Source: the human T2T-CHM13v2.0 reference genome, Homo sapiens. From it: 64,000 bases of DNA. Shown one piece after another: positions 14,500 through 28,399 of this stretch (position 1 is the stretch's first letter; every line of letters starts with the position of its first letter). The notes under the pieces are model-generated. The model was given only the letters and a program-made list of their open reading frames with translations. It did not search any database and was not told the origin of the DNA. Both the position numbers and the translations under genes were made by a program. The stretch lies in NCBI RefSeq assembly GCF_009914755.1, contig NC_060934.1; one strand, 5' to 3'.

Positions 14500-14787
14500 T
14501 CCATCATGACCCTTGTCTCTGTCTATTCCCTCAGCTTCATCCTACACTACCCAGACCCTGTTCACCATGCTTCAGCCATACTAGCCTTCTTTCTGTTCCA
14601 AAAGTTCAGTAATTTTAAACCACTCCTTGATTCATTTGTTTGTATCTATGAATATACTCAATAGAATATAAGCTTTTTGAAGGTAGGAACCTGCCTGTCT
14701 TGGACATGGTCGTATAGCCCATGTATGTTATAGTGGCCAACATATTACAAGTGCATCAAGAAATATTTGTTGAATGAATGAATGAAC
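14500..14787 (+). mobile_element. L2 3' end fragment
   Basis: CTTCAGCCATACTAGCCTTCTTTCTGTTCC and terminal AATATTTGTTGAATGAATGAATGAA. Confidence 0.75.
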
Positions 14788-16479
14788 AAAGACCCACAAT
14801 ATGACACTTACCATGGCCATGACCTAAAACACAAGGCATATATCCGAAGTCCTGAACATAAAATTTTACTGCAGCACCAGAGAGAAATATATTATGAATT
14901 ATCTTTAAAACTTAATAATAAAGTCTGTGAATATAGCTTTTCTCCTCAGGATAATGTAAACATCTTTTTATAGTTTCTTTTTTGATTTTCCAAATGAATC
15001 TCTTTGCTGTTTCCCACAGATGTTTATGAGTTTATGGGCTCCCTTCTCTGCTTGCTTCTTTGTACTTTGCTGAAATCGTGGAGTGAAAACTTCAGCATTG
15101 CATTGGCCTTATACAACATTGTATTCATCTGAGCAGTGGGAAAATCATATCATCAAATATTAAGCAGTCAGACCTTATACCTGACTCAGGAAGCCGGCTC
15201 TTTGGAATGGAACAGGCAGTAGAAAATGCATGCCCCAAAGACACACTGGCAATCAGTTCTGGACCTTCAAGCACAGCTGTGTAGAAGGGATCTAGAGCAC
15301 TCACTAATGTAACCTGTTAAGTGCTCCTTCAGGGGCCACCGTCATACGTAACTCATGTCAGTGCTGAGGCCGAGGTCCTTCAGTGTTGAAGTAGAGAGTC
15401 TTCAGAGCCTGGGGTGTGTCTCCTCCCAAGCAACAGCTACGTCCAGGGACAAATCGACTTCACATTTAGTGTCTCTCATCAAGGGAAAAGGACAGAGAGA
15501 GAATAAGGAGGGAGGAGGAGAAGAAAGAAAGGAATAAGAAGGGGGAATGAAGATGTGACAGAAAAGAGGCAGATGAATTTTAAAAAGGACAAAGAGAATA
15601 AAATGAGAAAGGGGAAAAATACAAAACAAGAGAATGTCAAATGAAAAATGAGGGCGGAAAAGTGTTAAAGAAAACAATGCAAATGAAGGGAGAAAGCTGC
15701 AAATGTCTGTATGCTGACTGGGTGGTGCCTGTGGTTGCTTTCTTGTCACTTCCAAGAAAAGTCTGGAAATTCACTCAGAATTTTGAGTTGCCTTCAGGTT
15801 CACACATTTTCGGTAAGGAATTAGATGAAAGTGCAAGATGCTGCCTTAAATTTACTTCTTAGTTTATTTCCAGGAATCTTAAGATCATCCTGGGGCCTGG
15901 GAAGAAGCCTGTCAGTGAAACCCTCACCAAGTATTTCACTCAGGAGAAATCCAAGTGCAGGGCTTGTCAAAGGGAGGAAAATCCTTAAAGTAGAGGAGAC
16001 AGTTAGCTGAGAGTCTCAGGTGGATACTCATTCTATAATTTACCACTGACCCAGTCCCCTACCTGTGGTATCATGAGAAGAGGGAGGCTTTCAAGAGATC
16101 AGCACACCTCTGGGTGAATCTTGAAGTATGCCAGGCTCTGCTGCCTAACTCTGGGTGTCGTGTCTGGAAGAGGTGCACTAGGGATAGCAGGCACAGAGGG
16201 ATGGACACAGGCAATTGGCTTCCTGAAGGGTGCTCCCACCTTTTGGTCATCTTAGGTTTCCAGCCACCTTCTACTCCTGCCACCCCAAGCATATTTCTAG
16301 AAGTCAACCACCAACTGCATGGTGACCATGAAAGGATCATTTTGTTCATGTGGAAGTACTCTATAATTTATCACCTAAACTAGAGCACGTTATTTGAGAG
16401 TGAGGGAGGGTGCTGTGGATGATAAGTTAGGCTGAGAGTTGTAAACAGGACCATTCTAGGCAGGCTGGAGTGCATTCTC

Positions 16480-16830
16480 ACTGTACTCATGAGACTTCCT
16501 ACGCCGATCACAATGGATTGGATAAAGGGTTGGTACCCGCCATTGAAAAGCCAGTCTAATAGCAGTCTTTTTCTAGGGATTTTAGAACTGGTAGTAAGTA
16601 GGACAGTCCCTGTCTTTCTGATGAATAAAGCTATTCTGGCAGTTATGCCAACCTGTCAGTGGCCATGTTTTCCACATTGTATCCTGGAGAGACTGAGGGG
16701 GCAGATATGAAGTCAAGGCAAAAGAACCCGGAGCAACACGTAATCTGCGTATGTGGTGCCCAGGTTCCTGTATTCCACCTCCATGATTTCTTGAATGTTC
16801 TCTTTTCTGTAACAACCAGTTGCCCTTTGG
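16480..16830 (+). mobile_element. Old MaLR (MLT1K/L-like) LTR fragment
   Basis: GATTGG..AGGG..GGTACC..CCAGTC..TCTAGGGATTTT and GTGGCCATGTTTTCCAC motifs. Very diverged. Confidence 0.4.
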
Positions 16831-16959
16831 AAAAGAGAAGGAGATGGTGAAAGATAGCAGAAAGATTGAGAATATATTCCAAAGAGACTAACTTCACACT
16901 CACCAACACTCACACTCACCTGTGCTTACACATAAATGACTTCCAAGTTAGCCTGAGCT

Positions 16960-17385
16960 CTCTCCTATGTTCATCAATTGAACACTGAACAAAAATGTTC
17001 TGAGAGCCTATTATGCTTCCATTCCTGCGATGAAACGGTGAATAGAAACAGAATGAACCATTTATCTGCCCTCTTGCAATTTGCATTCTAGGTTGAAAAA
17101 ACAGAAAATGAACAAGTAGATAAATTAGATAATTCCAGGTAGCAAACAGTATTAACAAAATAAGTTGGGGTAATGGGATAGAAAGTGACTAAGCAAAAAA
17201 TGTATTATGCAGTTTATAACATGTGCATAAGTAAAATGCATAACAACAGCAGAAAGGTCTGGAGAGGAGAAATGGAAGTATACTGTTATAAGGTTCTCAT
17301 ATAATATGTGAAGAGTATTTCCTGTGGCTAAGGTGGTCAGAGAAGCCCTCTTTCAGGAGGTGACATTTGAACTAGCACCTTATTA
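16960..17385 (-). mobile_element. L2 fragment, interrupted by a short + strand L1M piece at about 17200-17320
   Basis: Antisense L2 3' motifs and GGTGGTCAGAGAAGCCCTCT..GGAGGTGACATTTGAAC. Confidence 0.6.
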
Positions 17386-18222
17386 ATGAGGAGTATTATT
17401 TTAACTGGCTCCATGGTATGTCCAGCCATGGGAAAAGAATTTGAAACTCATTTCAAAAACTCAGCAGGGCAGCATATTCTTCCCTAACTCTAATTCTCTT
17501 CCTCTAGGTCTCAATAATATCACTATCCAATTAACCTTCCAAAAGGATTATCAGTATCTTGGTACGTCCTCAATACCCTCAATTTCCCAAGGGCGGGAAG
17601 CGTTTTTAGGTTCTTCACCACTGTGTTTCCAGGGGCTTACACAGTGCCTGACATAGGGTAAGCTCCAACATATCTTTTTGTTGACTCAACATATTTGATT
17701 ATGGAAACTACCTTAATTGGTTTTCTGTTTTCTATATGATACAAGCTAAACCATTTATGAATTAATCCCATCTCCTCTATACATCTTCACCTGCAATCAC
17801 TTTGTATTGACTGTATCCTGTGCATGCTGTGTTCTTTCACAGTCCAATGTCTTTACACCTGCTATGTTGAATGCCTAGTTCATCTGAAAACAAAAAACAA
17901 CCCACAAAATCTATCATGCTGAGAATACAGCTGAAGTATCCTCCCTTTATGGAGACCTCCTCTAATTTATAACTGTATTTCCATATCACTAGACATTATA
18001 GCACTGGCAGTTATGTATTTCTATTATGCTGCTTCACTCATTGTGAATTGCTTTAGGTAAGAAATTTGATTCCTCACATTACTAGGTGCCCAATAATTAT
18101 AGCAGTGCTAGGCACAAAAGTAGATGCTCAATAAATGCTAACTGAAGAGAGAACATGAGATTTCTGCTGCCTTACTTGTAAAAATAAATTGATCCAATAG
18201 ATGTGTGCCTTTGATAAATCAT

Positions 18223-18335
18223 TGTGATGGTTAATACCGAGTGTCAACTTGATTGGATTGAAGGATACAAAGTATTGATCCTGGGTGTGTCTGTGAGGGC
18301 ACTGCCAAAAGAGATTAACATTTGAGTCAGTAGAC
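18223..18335 (+). mobile_element. MLT2A LTR 5' fragment
   Basis: TGTGATGGTTAATACCGAGTGTCAACTTGATTGGATTGAAGGATACAAAGTATTG..GAGATTAACATTTGAGTCAGT, then abrupt truncation. Confidence 0.88.
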
Positions 18336-18589
18336 ACACTGACTATGCAAGCCATTTCTAAGTAAATTAAAAATATTAGAGTTAATTTACATACTTCATT
18401 TTATGAAGCAAACATGACTTTGGTTGTCAAATATGATGTCATGGGCAAAAATAAAAACCCATACATAACGATAGTCTAACCTATGACAGTACAAAACTAT
18501 TTTTTCAAGCTTATCTTAACCAATCTACTACTCTACTTATCAACCTGATCAAAACAACTTGTTCTTTAAATATTAATAGATGGCAGCTT

Positions 18590-19030
18590 TAACACAAACA
18601 TAAGAATAAGATTTAAATCCCCCTGTGCCAGTTCACTTATCTCCAAAATGGGAATATATCTCATGCATACCCACCTTTTTATGAGAATTAAGTGAGTTAA
18701 TCTATGTAGAGTCCTATAAAATAGGGCCTGACACTTATTAAATGCTAAGCTGTATTAGAAGTCATTATTGGTAGTAGCAATCATAGTGATAGTCATAAGC
18801 GCTTGTGTGTCTCATACATTGTTCTAATTATTTTACATATTTTAATTTATGTTATCATTTCAACTACTCAATGAGGAAGGTACTAATATATGCTTTTAAA
18901 TAAAAAAATTTTCTAATTCATTTTTAAGGCTATTTCTAAGCCTTAATTTTCCTAAAGTGTCATAGCTAGAAAGTGCTAAAACTGAATCTGAATTTGTACA
19001 AGTCTCTCTCTAGAAGTTCAAGCTTGAACA
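18590..19030. mobile_element. Two MIR fragments (+ at about 18590-18790, - at about 18800-19030)
   Basis: MIR core: CAGTTCACTTATCTCCAAAATGGG..TGAGAATTAAGTGAGTTAAT, and antisense CAACTACTCAATGAGGAAGGTACT. Confidence 0.6.
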
Positions 19031-19924
19031 TCTAGTTATAGTGTCTCAGAGCAGAAGGAACAAAGCTTTTAGAACTGAGCCTTCTATTCCTTAAAATCTC
19101 ACTATATTTATTTGTTTTATTCACCAAATGACTAATATTATACCATACTAATTCCCACAATTAGCAATATGTAACAGTATAAAGCATATACATATTACAT
19201 TTTTACATGTATTTTTATACTATATAGGTTTATATATTACTAGGTAAAACATAATTATAATAATAAATAACCAAATAAAATAAATTGTAGTTTTAAAAGT
19301 ATATAAATAGATATTACATTATGTACATTATAGATCATATAAAAATGAAAAGTGAAAACAATGACATAAAGATAAAATAACCCATGTTTATATTTTAAAA
19401 TAATTTTTAAATTTCTACATATTAAATATACATCACACCATTTCAAAAAGTAAATATTTTATTAATAATAAAATTTCCATAAGAACAATGTGTTTTAATA
19501 TACATATTATCTTTGAAAAATATTTGTTTCACTCTTAGTGTGATGTAAAAATTCAAAAGTCTGGTGTTCGGTTTATTTTGGTTCTTGGTTTTATGCCTAC
19601 AGCATCTAAAAAAAGATAGCTCCCAAAGATTCATGAATCCAGATGTGGCTGTGCATAATTAATCACAACATCATTTATCATCCACATTATGCAGTGGTAT
19701 TTGCAGAAATTGGATTTGTATATTTTCCATGAATCCTGAAGTCAATCAGCAGTTCCTACACACTAATGAGAAAATATTTCATTCTGATATTTTAACAAAT
19801 TGGCTTAACACTCACTGAAATTCTGTATTTGGAAAGTTTCTAAATACATAAAAATTCCAATTGTAAGTCTTTTTTGTGTATGTGTTTGTATGCACACATA
19901 CAGATTTTATGATTTTATTTTATT

Positions 19925-20515
19925 TATTTAACCAGTTTATTAGGTATACTTGGTCATTTTATGACTTTAGCAGTCACATTTGGGTTTACAGTATGCTTCA
20001 TTAACTTAGCACAGCCTACCTTTGAGTGTTACAGCACTTCACATATTATACGTATAAGAACCTTACAACAGTAGACTTCTATTTGTCCTCCTGGTCTTTC
20101 TTCTATTGTTATGCATTTTATTTATACATGTTATAAATTGCATAATACTTCTTTGCCTTAAATGATAAATTATCTTATAAAAAGATTTTATAAAACAAGA
20201 AAATATCTTTTATATTTACCACATATCTAACAATTTCCAGTGGTTTCTGTTATTTTATGTAGATCTTATTTCTATCTCATATATTTTTTCTTCTGTCATT
20301 AGGACTTTAACCCTTTTTATAGCGTAGGTCTGCTGGTGATAAATTATTTCAGCTTCCATAAGCCTGCGAAAAAGTAGTTTGCCTTCGTGATTGCAAATAT
20401 TTTACTGGGCATAGAATTTTAAGGTGACAGTTTTGTTTTGTTTTGTTTCTTTCAGTACTTTTGAAATATTCCTTCACTGTCTCCTACCTTATGTTGTTTC
20501 TAAGGAGAAGTTTAA
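19925..20515 (-). mobile_element. L1M (L1MC/MD-like) ORF1 and inter-ORF fragment
   Basis: ATAAGAACCTTACAACAGTAGACTTC..GTAGGTCTGCTGGTGATAAATT..ACTGGGCATAGAATT, antisense L1M. Confidence 0.7.
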
Positions 20516-20594
20516 CGTTTTTTTTCTTTCTTTTTTTGGTTCATATTTTTGTTTCTTATCTAAGAAATCTTTGCCTAATCCCAGATAACTAATA

Positions 20595-21645
20595 TTAAAA
20601 TGTAAAACCTAAACCTGTAAACCTTATAGAAGAAAATATAGGAGAAATTCCTATGACCTGGGTAGTTTTTTGCTTTTTGAGTCACTTTGAGTCAGAATAT
20701 AAAAAGACAAGCTACAAATTAGGGGAAATACAACTAACACAAATACCTTTAGCCAGAACATATAAAGAACATTTAAATCTAAATATAAACACATATTTTT
20801 AAAAGCAACTAAAAATAAACAGAAAAAGATTTGAACAGAAATTTTACCAGTAAAGAATTTTGAATGTCAAACAGGCAAAAGATTAGCAACATCATTCAAC
20901 ATTAGGAAAATGCAAACTATGACTATAATGATAGACTGCTATTATACTACACAGTCACTAGTTACTAGAACAGCTAAAATTGAAAAGACTCATTGCATAT
21001 TGGCGATGATCTGGAGTAACTGACACTCTCAGATATTCGTTAATGGGAATGTAATTTTATAGTTTCTTATAAAGTTAAATATGCACTTGCAATACTAGAG
21101 GCAGGAATCCTACTCCCAGGTACTGATCCAAATGAAATAAAAATTTATGTCTACCCAAACAGCTTACAAAAATGTTTATAGATTATTTATCAAAAGTAAC
21201 CCGAAATCAGACATGACTCAAATTTCCATTCAGCTGGTAGATGAGTAAATCACTCGTGGCATATCCATACAATTAAAGGGAATAAACTAATGATGCATGA
21301 ACCACATGAATAACTCTCAAAACTTTGTACATGATAAAAACATATGAAGTTAGCTGCCAATTTTTAAAAGAAGAAAATAAATTTTAAAAGCCACACATAA
21401 AAGCCTACATTCTGCATGGTCCCATTTACATTAAATTCTAGAAAGGTCAAATCTATGATGACAGCAAGCAAATTAGAGGTTAACTGGGTCTGGGATGGAG
21501 TGAGAGTATTGACTGCAAAGAAGCGTAAGAAAAACTTGGGGAGTAATAGATATGTTTTATATCTTGCCTTTGGTGATGTCAACACACATGCTTGGATTTG
21601 TGAAAACATCAAGTTTTAAGACTAAAATTGACACATTTTATTAGG
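20595..21645 (+). mobile_element. L1M 3' ORF2 and 3'UTR fragment
   Basis: AAATGTAAAACCTAAA..AGAAGAAAATATAGGAGAAA, ATTAGGAAAATGCAAA and L1M-type 3'UTR motifs. Confidence 0.75.
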
Positions 21646-22613
21646 TTATTCAAAGATAAAGCCTTTTTTTTCAAAACCGATAAAACCCAATATAAAGTAA
21701 GCAAATACCCAAAACCACACATATACAAAAATAAAAGGCAAACCTCCAACTGAAAGATGACTTCTTAGAACACTATGAAATGGAATCCTCCAGATATTCT
21801 ATTATTAAAGAATAATAGATCATACTTAATTAGATTTTACAGGGATGCAAAGATTGATTCCATACTAAGAAATGTACTACAGGGTTTGTCTTCTATAAGA
21901 AATCAAAAAAGGAACATCATAGGATATTCTCACTACCTTCTGAAAGGAGTTGGGTCAAATTCTGTATTCATGAATTTAGGTAACGATAAAAGAATTATTC
22001 ACACACCCAGTCAATTGAGATGATTATGCTTGCTTCCACTAATGTCAGGAATAAGACAAAAATGTAATACTTCTTTACAACAGTTGTACTGGAAGTACTT
22101 GCTTATGCAATAAAAATAAACTAAAAGGAAGCATAAACATTAGAAATAAAGGGATGGAGGAAAATCTACCAAGCAAACTGAAAACAGAAAAGAGCAAGGA
22201 TTGCAACCCTAAGTTCAGACAAAATAGATTTCAAACCAACAAGAATAAAAAAAAAAGACCATGAAAGCCATTACATAATGGTAAAGTGTTCAATTCAACA
22301 AGACCTAGCTATCCTAAATATATATGCACCCAACACAAGAGTGTCCAGATTCATAAAGCAAGTTCTTAGAGACCTACAAAGAAACATAGACTCTCACACA
22401 ATAATAGTGGGAGACTTCAACATTCCACTGACAGACTAACAGTATTAGACAGATCATTGGGGGGCAGAAAATTAACAAAGATATTCAGGACCTAAACTCA
22501 GCATTGGACCAAATGGATCTAGTAGACCTTAAAAATATACATTCTTCTCTTTGCCCTATGGCACATACTCTAAAACTGATCACATAATTGGACATAAAAC
22601 AATCCTCAACAGA

Positions 22614-22968
<355 letters not shown>

Positions 22969-22991
22969 TCACAGCACAATAAAAAAAGAAG

Positions 22992-23148
22992 TCTGTGCAG
23001 CAAACCACCATGGCACATGTTTACCTATGTAACAAACCTGCGCATCCTGTACATGTACCATAGAACTTACAATAAAAACAAAAAACAAAAGAATTTCACA
23101 AACACAGTGAAAACATCAAACAATAAAAATATCATAATATGCAAAAAA
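22992..23148 (+). mobile_element. Short L1PA 3'-terminal insertion with extra downstream sequence, inside the L1PA16 ORF2
   Basis: TCTGTGCAGCAAACCACCATGGCACATGTTTACCTATGTAACAAACCTG..AATAAA, an A-rich tail, then about 50 bp of non-L1 sequence. Host ORF2 resumes at AAGACTATGAAAAT. Confidence 0.85.
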
Positions 23149-26100
23149 GACTATGAAAATTCCTCAAAACCATGCAATAACTGGAAATTAAACAGCATGC
23201 TCCTGAATGACTTATGGGTAAATAATGAAATTATGGCAGAAATCAAGAAGTTCTTTGAAAATACTGAGAACAAGAATACAACATACCAGAATCTCTGGGA
23301 CACAGCTTAGGCAGTGTTAAGAAGGAAATTCATAGCATTACATGCCTACATCAAAAAGTTAGAAAGATCTCAAATTAACAACCTAACTTCACAACTAGAA
23401 GAATTAGAGATGCAAGAATGAAGCAACCTCTAAGCTAGCAGATTATGGAAAATAAAAATCAGAGCTGAGTTGAAGGAAATGAAACATGAAAAACCATTCA
23501 AAAGATCAGTAAATCCAGGCATTGGTTTTTTTGAAAAAAATAATAAAATAGATACGCCACTAAGTTGACTGATAAAGAAGAAAAGACAGAAGATACAAAT
23601 AAACATAATTAAAAATGATGAAGGGAATGTTACTACTGACCTCACAGAAATAAAAACAACCATCGGAAACTACTACAAATGCATTTACACACACAAACTA
23701 GAAAACCTAGAAGAGATGGATACATTCCTAAACATATACACCTTCCCAAGACCGAGCTAAGAAGAAATTGATTCCCTGAACAGACCAATAATGAGCTCTG
23801 AAATTGAGTCAGTAATAAATAGCCTACCAACCAAAAGAGCCTGGAACCTGAGGGATTCACAGCCAAATTCTGCCAGGTGTACAAAGAAGAAAAGGTAACA
23901 TTCCTACAGAAACTATTCCCAAAAATTGAGGGGGGACTCTTCCCTAACTCACTCTTCGAGGCCAGTATCATCTTGATACCACAACCTGGGAGAGACACAA
24001 CAAAAAAAGAACATTTTAAACCAATAACTCTGATGAACATGGATGCAAATATCCTCAATAAAATATTTGCAAAGTGAATCCAGCATCACATTAAAAAGCT
24101 AATTCACCATGATCAAGTAGGCTTATGCCTAGTGCAAGATTGGATCAACATACACAAATCAATAAATGCTATTCATCACACAAGTAGAGCTAAAGACGAA
24201 ACCACATGATTAACTCAATAGACACAGAAAAGGCTTTTGATAAAATTCAATACCACTTCATATTAAAAACTCTTAATAAGCAATGTATTAAAGGAATATA
24301 CCTCAAAATAATAAGAGCCATTTATCAGAAATCTACAGCCAACATTATACTGAATGGGCAAAAGCTGGAAGCATTCCCCTTGAAACCCAGCGTGAGACAA
24401 GGATGAATTCTTTCACCACTGCTATTCAACATAGTATCGGAAGTCCTGGCCAGAGCAATCAGGCAAGAGAAAGAAAGAAAAGGCATCCGAATAGGAAGAG
24501 AGGAAATCATACTATCTCTGTTTGCAGACATGATTCTAATCAAGAAAACCCCATAGTCTCAGCCCAAACACTCCTTCAGCTGATAACTTTGGAAAGTTGC
24601 AGGATACAAAATCAATGTACAAAAATTACTAGCATTTCTCTACACCAACAACAGCCAAGCCTAGAGACAAGTCAGAAATCAGAAAGGCAATCCCATTCAC
24701 AATTGCCACAAAAAGAATAAAATACCTAGGAATACAGCTACCCATGGTGGTGAAAGATCTCTACAATGAGAATTACAAAACACTGCTCAAAGAAACCAGA
24801 GAAGACACAAACAAATGGAAAAGCATCCCCTGCTCATGGATAGGAAGAATCAATATAATTAAAATGGCTGTATTGCCCAAAGCAATTTACAGATTCCATG
24901 CTATTTCTACCAAACTACCAATGACATTCTTCACAGAACTAAAAAATACTATTTTAAAATTCATAAGGAGCCAAAAAAAAAAAAAAGCCAGAATAGCCAA
25001 GGAAATTCTTAGCAAAAAGAACAAAGCTGGAGGCATCATGATACCTGACTTCAAATTATACTACAGGGCTACAGTAAACAAAATGGCAGGATACTGGTAC
25101 AAGAACAAACACATAGACCAATGGAACAGAATAAAGGCCCCAGAAATAAGGCCACACATCTACAATCTTCTAATTTTCAACAAAGCTGACAAAAATAAAC
25201 AATGGGGAAGAGACTCCCTATTCAATAAATGGTGCTGGGATAACTGTCTAGCCATATGCAGAAGATTGAAGCTGGACCTTTACTTACACCATACACAAAA
25301 ATAAAATCAACTGAAGACGCATTGTATATTAAATGTAAAACCCCAAGCTATAAAACCCTGAAAGACAACCTAGGAGATAATACCCTGGACATAAGAACAG
25401 GCAAAATTTCATGACAAAGATAACAAAAACAATTGCAACAAGAGCAAAAATTGACAAGTGGGATCTAATTAAACAGGAGCTTCTACACAGCAAAAGAAAC
25501 TATCAACAGAGTAAACAGATTACTTCCAGAATGGGAGAAAATTTTTGCAAACTACACATCTGAGAAAGGTATAACATCCAGCATCTATAAGGAACTTAAA
25601 CAAATTTACAGGAGAAAAACAAATAGCCCCGTTAAAAAGTGTGCAAAGAGCATGAACAGACACTTCTTAAAAGAAGACATAAAACCCATGCAGCTGGCAA
25701 GCAGAAAAAAGCTTAATATCACTGATTATTCGAGAAATGCCAATCAAAACCCAATGAGATACTATCTACATCAGAGTGGCAATTACTAAAAAGTCAAAAT
25801 AGATACTGGCAAGGTTGTGGAGAAAAGGGAACACTTACACACTGTTGGTGGGAGTGTAAATTAGTTCAACCATTGTGGAAAGCAGTATGGTAATTCCTCA
25901 AATAACTAAAAGCAGAACTACCATTTGACCTAGCAAACCCATTACTGGGTATACTCCCAGAGGAATAAAAATCATTATATCATAAAAAACATATACACAT
26001 GAATGTTCATTGCAGCACTATTAACAATAGCAAAGACATGGAATCTACCTAAATGCCCATCAGTGACAGATTGGATAAAGAAAATTTGGTACATATACAC

Positions 26101-27663
26101 CATAAAATACTATGCAACCATAAAAAGGAACAAGGTCTTGTCTTTTGTGGGAACATAAATGGAGCTGAAAGGTATTATGCTTAGTAAACTAATACAGGAA
26201 CAGAAAAATAAATACTGCATGTTCTCACTTATAAGTGGGAGCTAAATGATAAGAACTTATGAATACAAAGAAAGAAACAACAAAAACTGGGGTCTACTTG
26301 AGGGGGGAGGGTGAGAGGAGGGAGAGGAGCAGAAAAGATAACTATTGAGTATGGGACTTAATACCTGGGTGATGAAATAATATGTGCAACAAACCTCCAT
26401 AACATATGTTTACCTGTGTAACAAACTTTCGCATGTACCCCCAACATAAAATAAAAGTTAAAATATAAAAATAAAATAATAAAAAATAAAAACTATTAGG
26501 TTGCACCAAAAACAATGTTGCAAATGTCATTGTAGATAATTTTTTGCATAACAAGAAAATCCAAGCTAATCAACTGAAAAATTAGTATTCCTTCCATGTA
26601 AAGTTCTAAAAGTGGTTAGGCAAAAGTTCAATAGACATAAATTCGGAATTTTCTCATACTCTAGAAGTAGCTAATTAGGAAAGAAAAATTGGGAGAACAA
26701 ATTTTATGCATAATGTCAACAAAAGACTTAGATATCACCCTAAATAGAAATGTACAGAAACTATGAATCTTATTAAAAAAAATCCAAAAGGTGCCAAAAA
26801 TATGGCAGATATAGAATGTTCCCCTGCCAAAAGACTTACTATTTTTATATAAATTATTTATTTTTAAATAGATTTACAGAAAAAATGTGAAAATAGTATG
26901 AGATTTCCCATGTACCCTGTACCCAGTTTCCTCTGTTGTTAAGATCTTACCCTAGCATAGTACATTTAAACTTATTATTTAGAAAATATCTATTTTCTAC
27001 TTATAGTTGACAAAGCCATTTGAATCACAAATATCCCAATATAATGTCTTCTCTGGAAGACATAACAGTTTGATTCTAAAAGGTATTTAGAAGAGCGATG
27101 GTGCAAAAATATCTAATATAGTTTTGAAAATGGAAAATACAAATTATTGATTTTAAAAACATAAAAAAATTAAAATGCTGATATAAAAACACTATAATTA
27201 CAACTACGGTCTTCATGTATAGGACTAGCAGTTAATACAGGAGAACAAATAATCCAAAAAACAAAAACAAGTAAAATTTATTATATGATTAGTGTAATCT
27301 CTAATAATGAACCTATATCTGTGAAATCCTTGTTTAAATATAAACCACAATAAAAATGAATAAAAAGTATCAACATATACCGCTGAATAGTTTTCTAGCC
27401 TATGTCATTTTTTCGACTAAACAACATTGAGAAGGAAAATGATTTTTCTTCTCCTTTGGTTCTGTATTTGACAGTTAATAAGTAATATTTAGCATTTTGT
27501 TTCATTTACAGGTATTCATTAACAAAATATTTGTGAGTTTTAAATGGTATACAAGAAAAAGAAGAGACTAAAACCTACAGTATAGGCACCAACGAGTCTT
27601 TTATTGACAGAAAGACAACAAACTGTAAATATTAAAATTGAATACCTTCTTTATGAGAAGAGA

Positions 27664-28030
27664 TACTATGCAGCCATAAAGAAAAAAAAAGAAGGAGATC
27701 ATGTCCTTTGCAGGGACATGGATGGATCCTCAGCAAACTAATGCAAGAAAAGAAAACCAACACCACATGTTCTTACTTATAAGTGGGAGCTGAACAATGA
27801 GAATACATGGACACAGGGAAGGGAACAACACCCACTGGGGCCTGTTGAAGTGGGGATGTGAGGAGAGGGAGAACATCAGGAAAGATAGCTAAAGCATGTT
27901 GGGTTTAATAAATAGGTGATGGGTTGATAGATGCAGCAAAACCCCATGGCACGCATTTACCTATGTAACAAACCTGCACATCCTGCACATGTACCATGGA
28001 ACTTAAAATAAAATAAAATAAAGAAATAAA
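27664..28030 (+). mobile_element. L1PA (about PA10-12) 3' end fragment
   Basis: TACTATGCAGCCATAAA..GGGTTGATAGATGCAGCAAA..GAACTTAAAATAAAATAAAATA. Confidence 0.9.
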
Positions 28031-28399
28031 ATTTTAACATAATTTTAGAAATTATTTTTAAATAATTTTAAAATTTTAGGAAAAATTTTAAAAATGACAT
28101 ATCAGAAGAGATGCAACAGAATAATGGGCACTGGATATATTAATATACTATTTGATTAATTGAATATTGTTATGATATGGCAAAATGTTTATAATATATA
28201 GATGCAAGTATGTCAAATACCTAAATTATACCAAAAGAAATACAATTTTCCTGCTGTTGAGAGAGTTAAATTTTCTGCCTATTAAAATGCAAAATGATAT
28301 CAGAAAGAAGTTAATTGATTTAGAGATAAATACATAGTTTTAAAATTATGTGGGGGAAATATACAGTAGAAAAGAGTAATTTAAAATTATAAACAAAAT

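Noticed and set aside
13100-15690. Pyrimidine-rich tract (13100-13310) and purine-rich tract (15480-15690) as a long inverted repeat
   Set aside because: Only compositional complementarity, with no alignable stem.
23017-25304. ORFs up to 186 aa
   Set aside because: Decayed L1PA16 ORF2 fragments.
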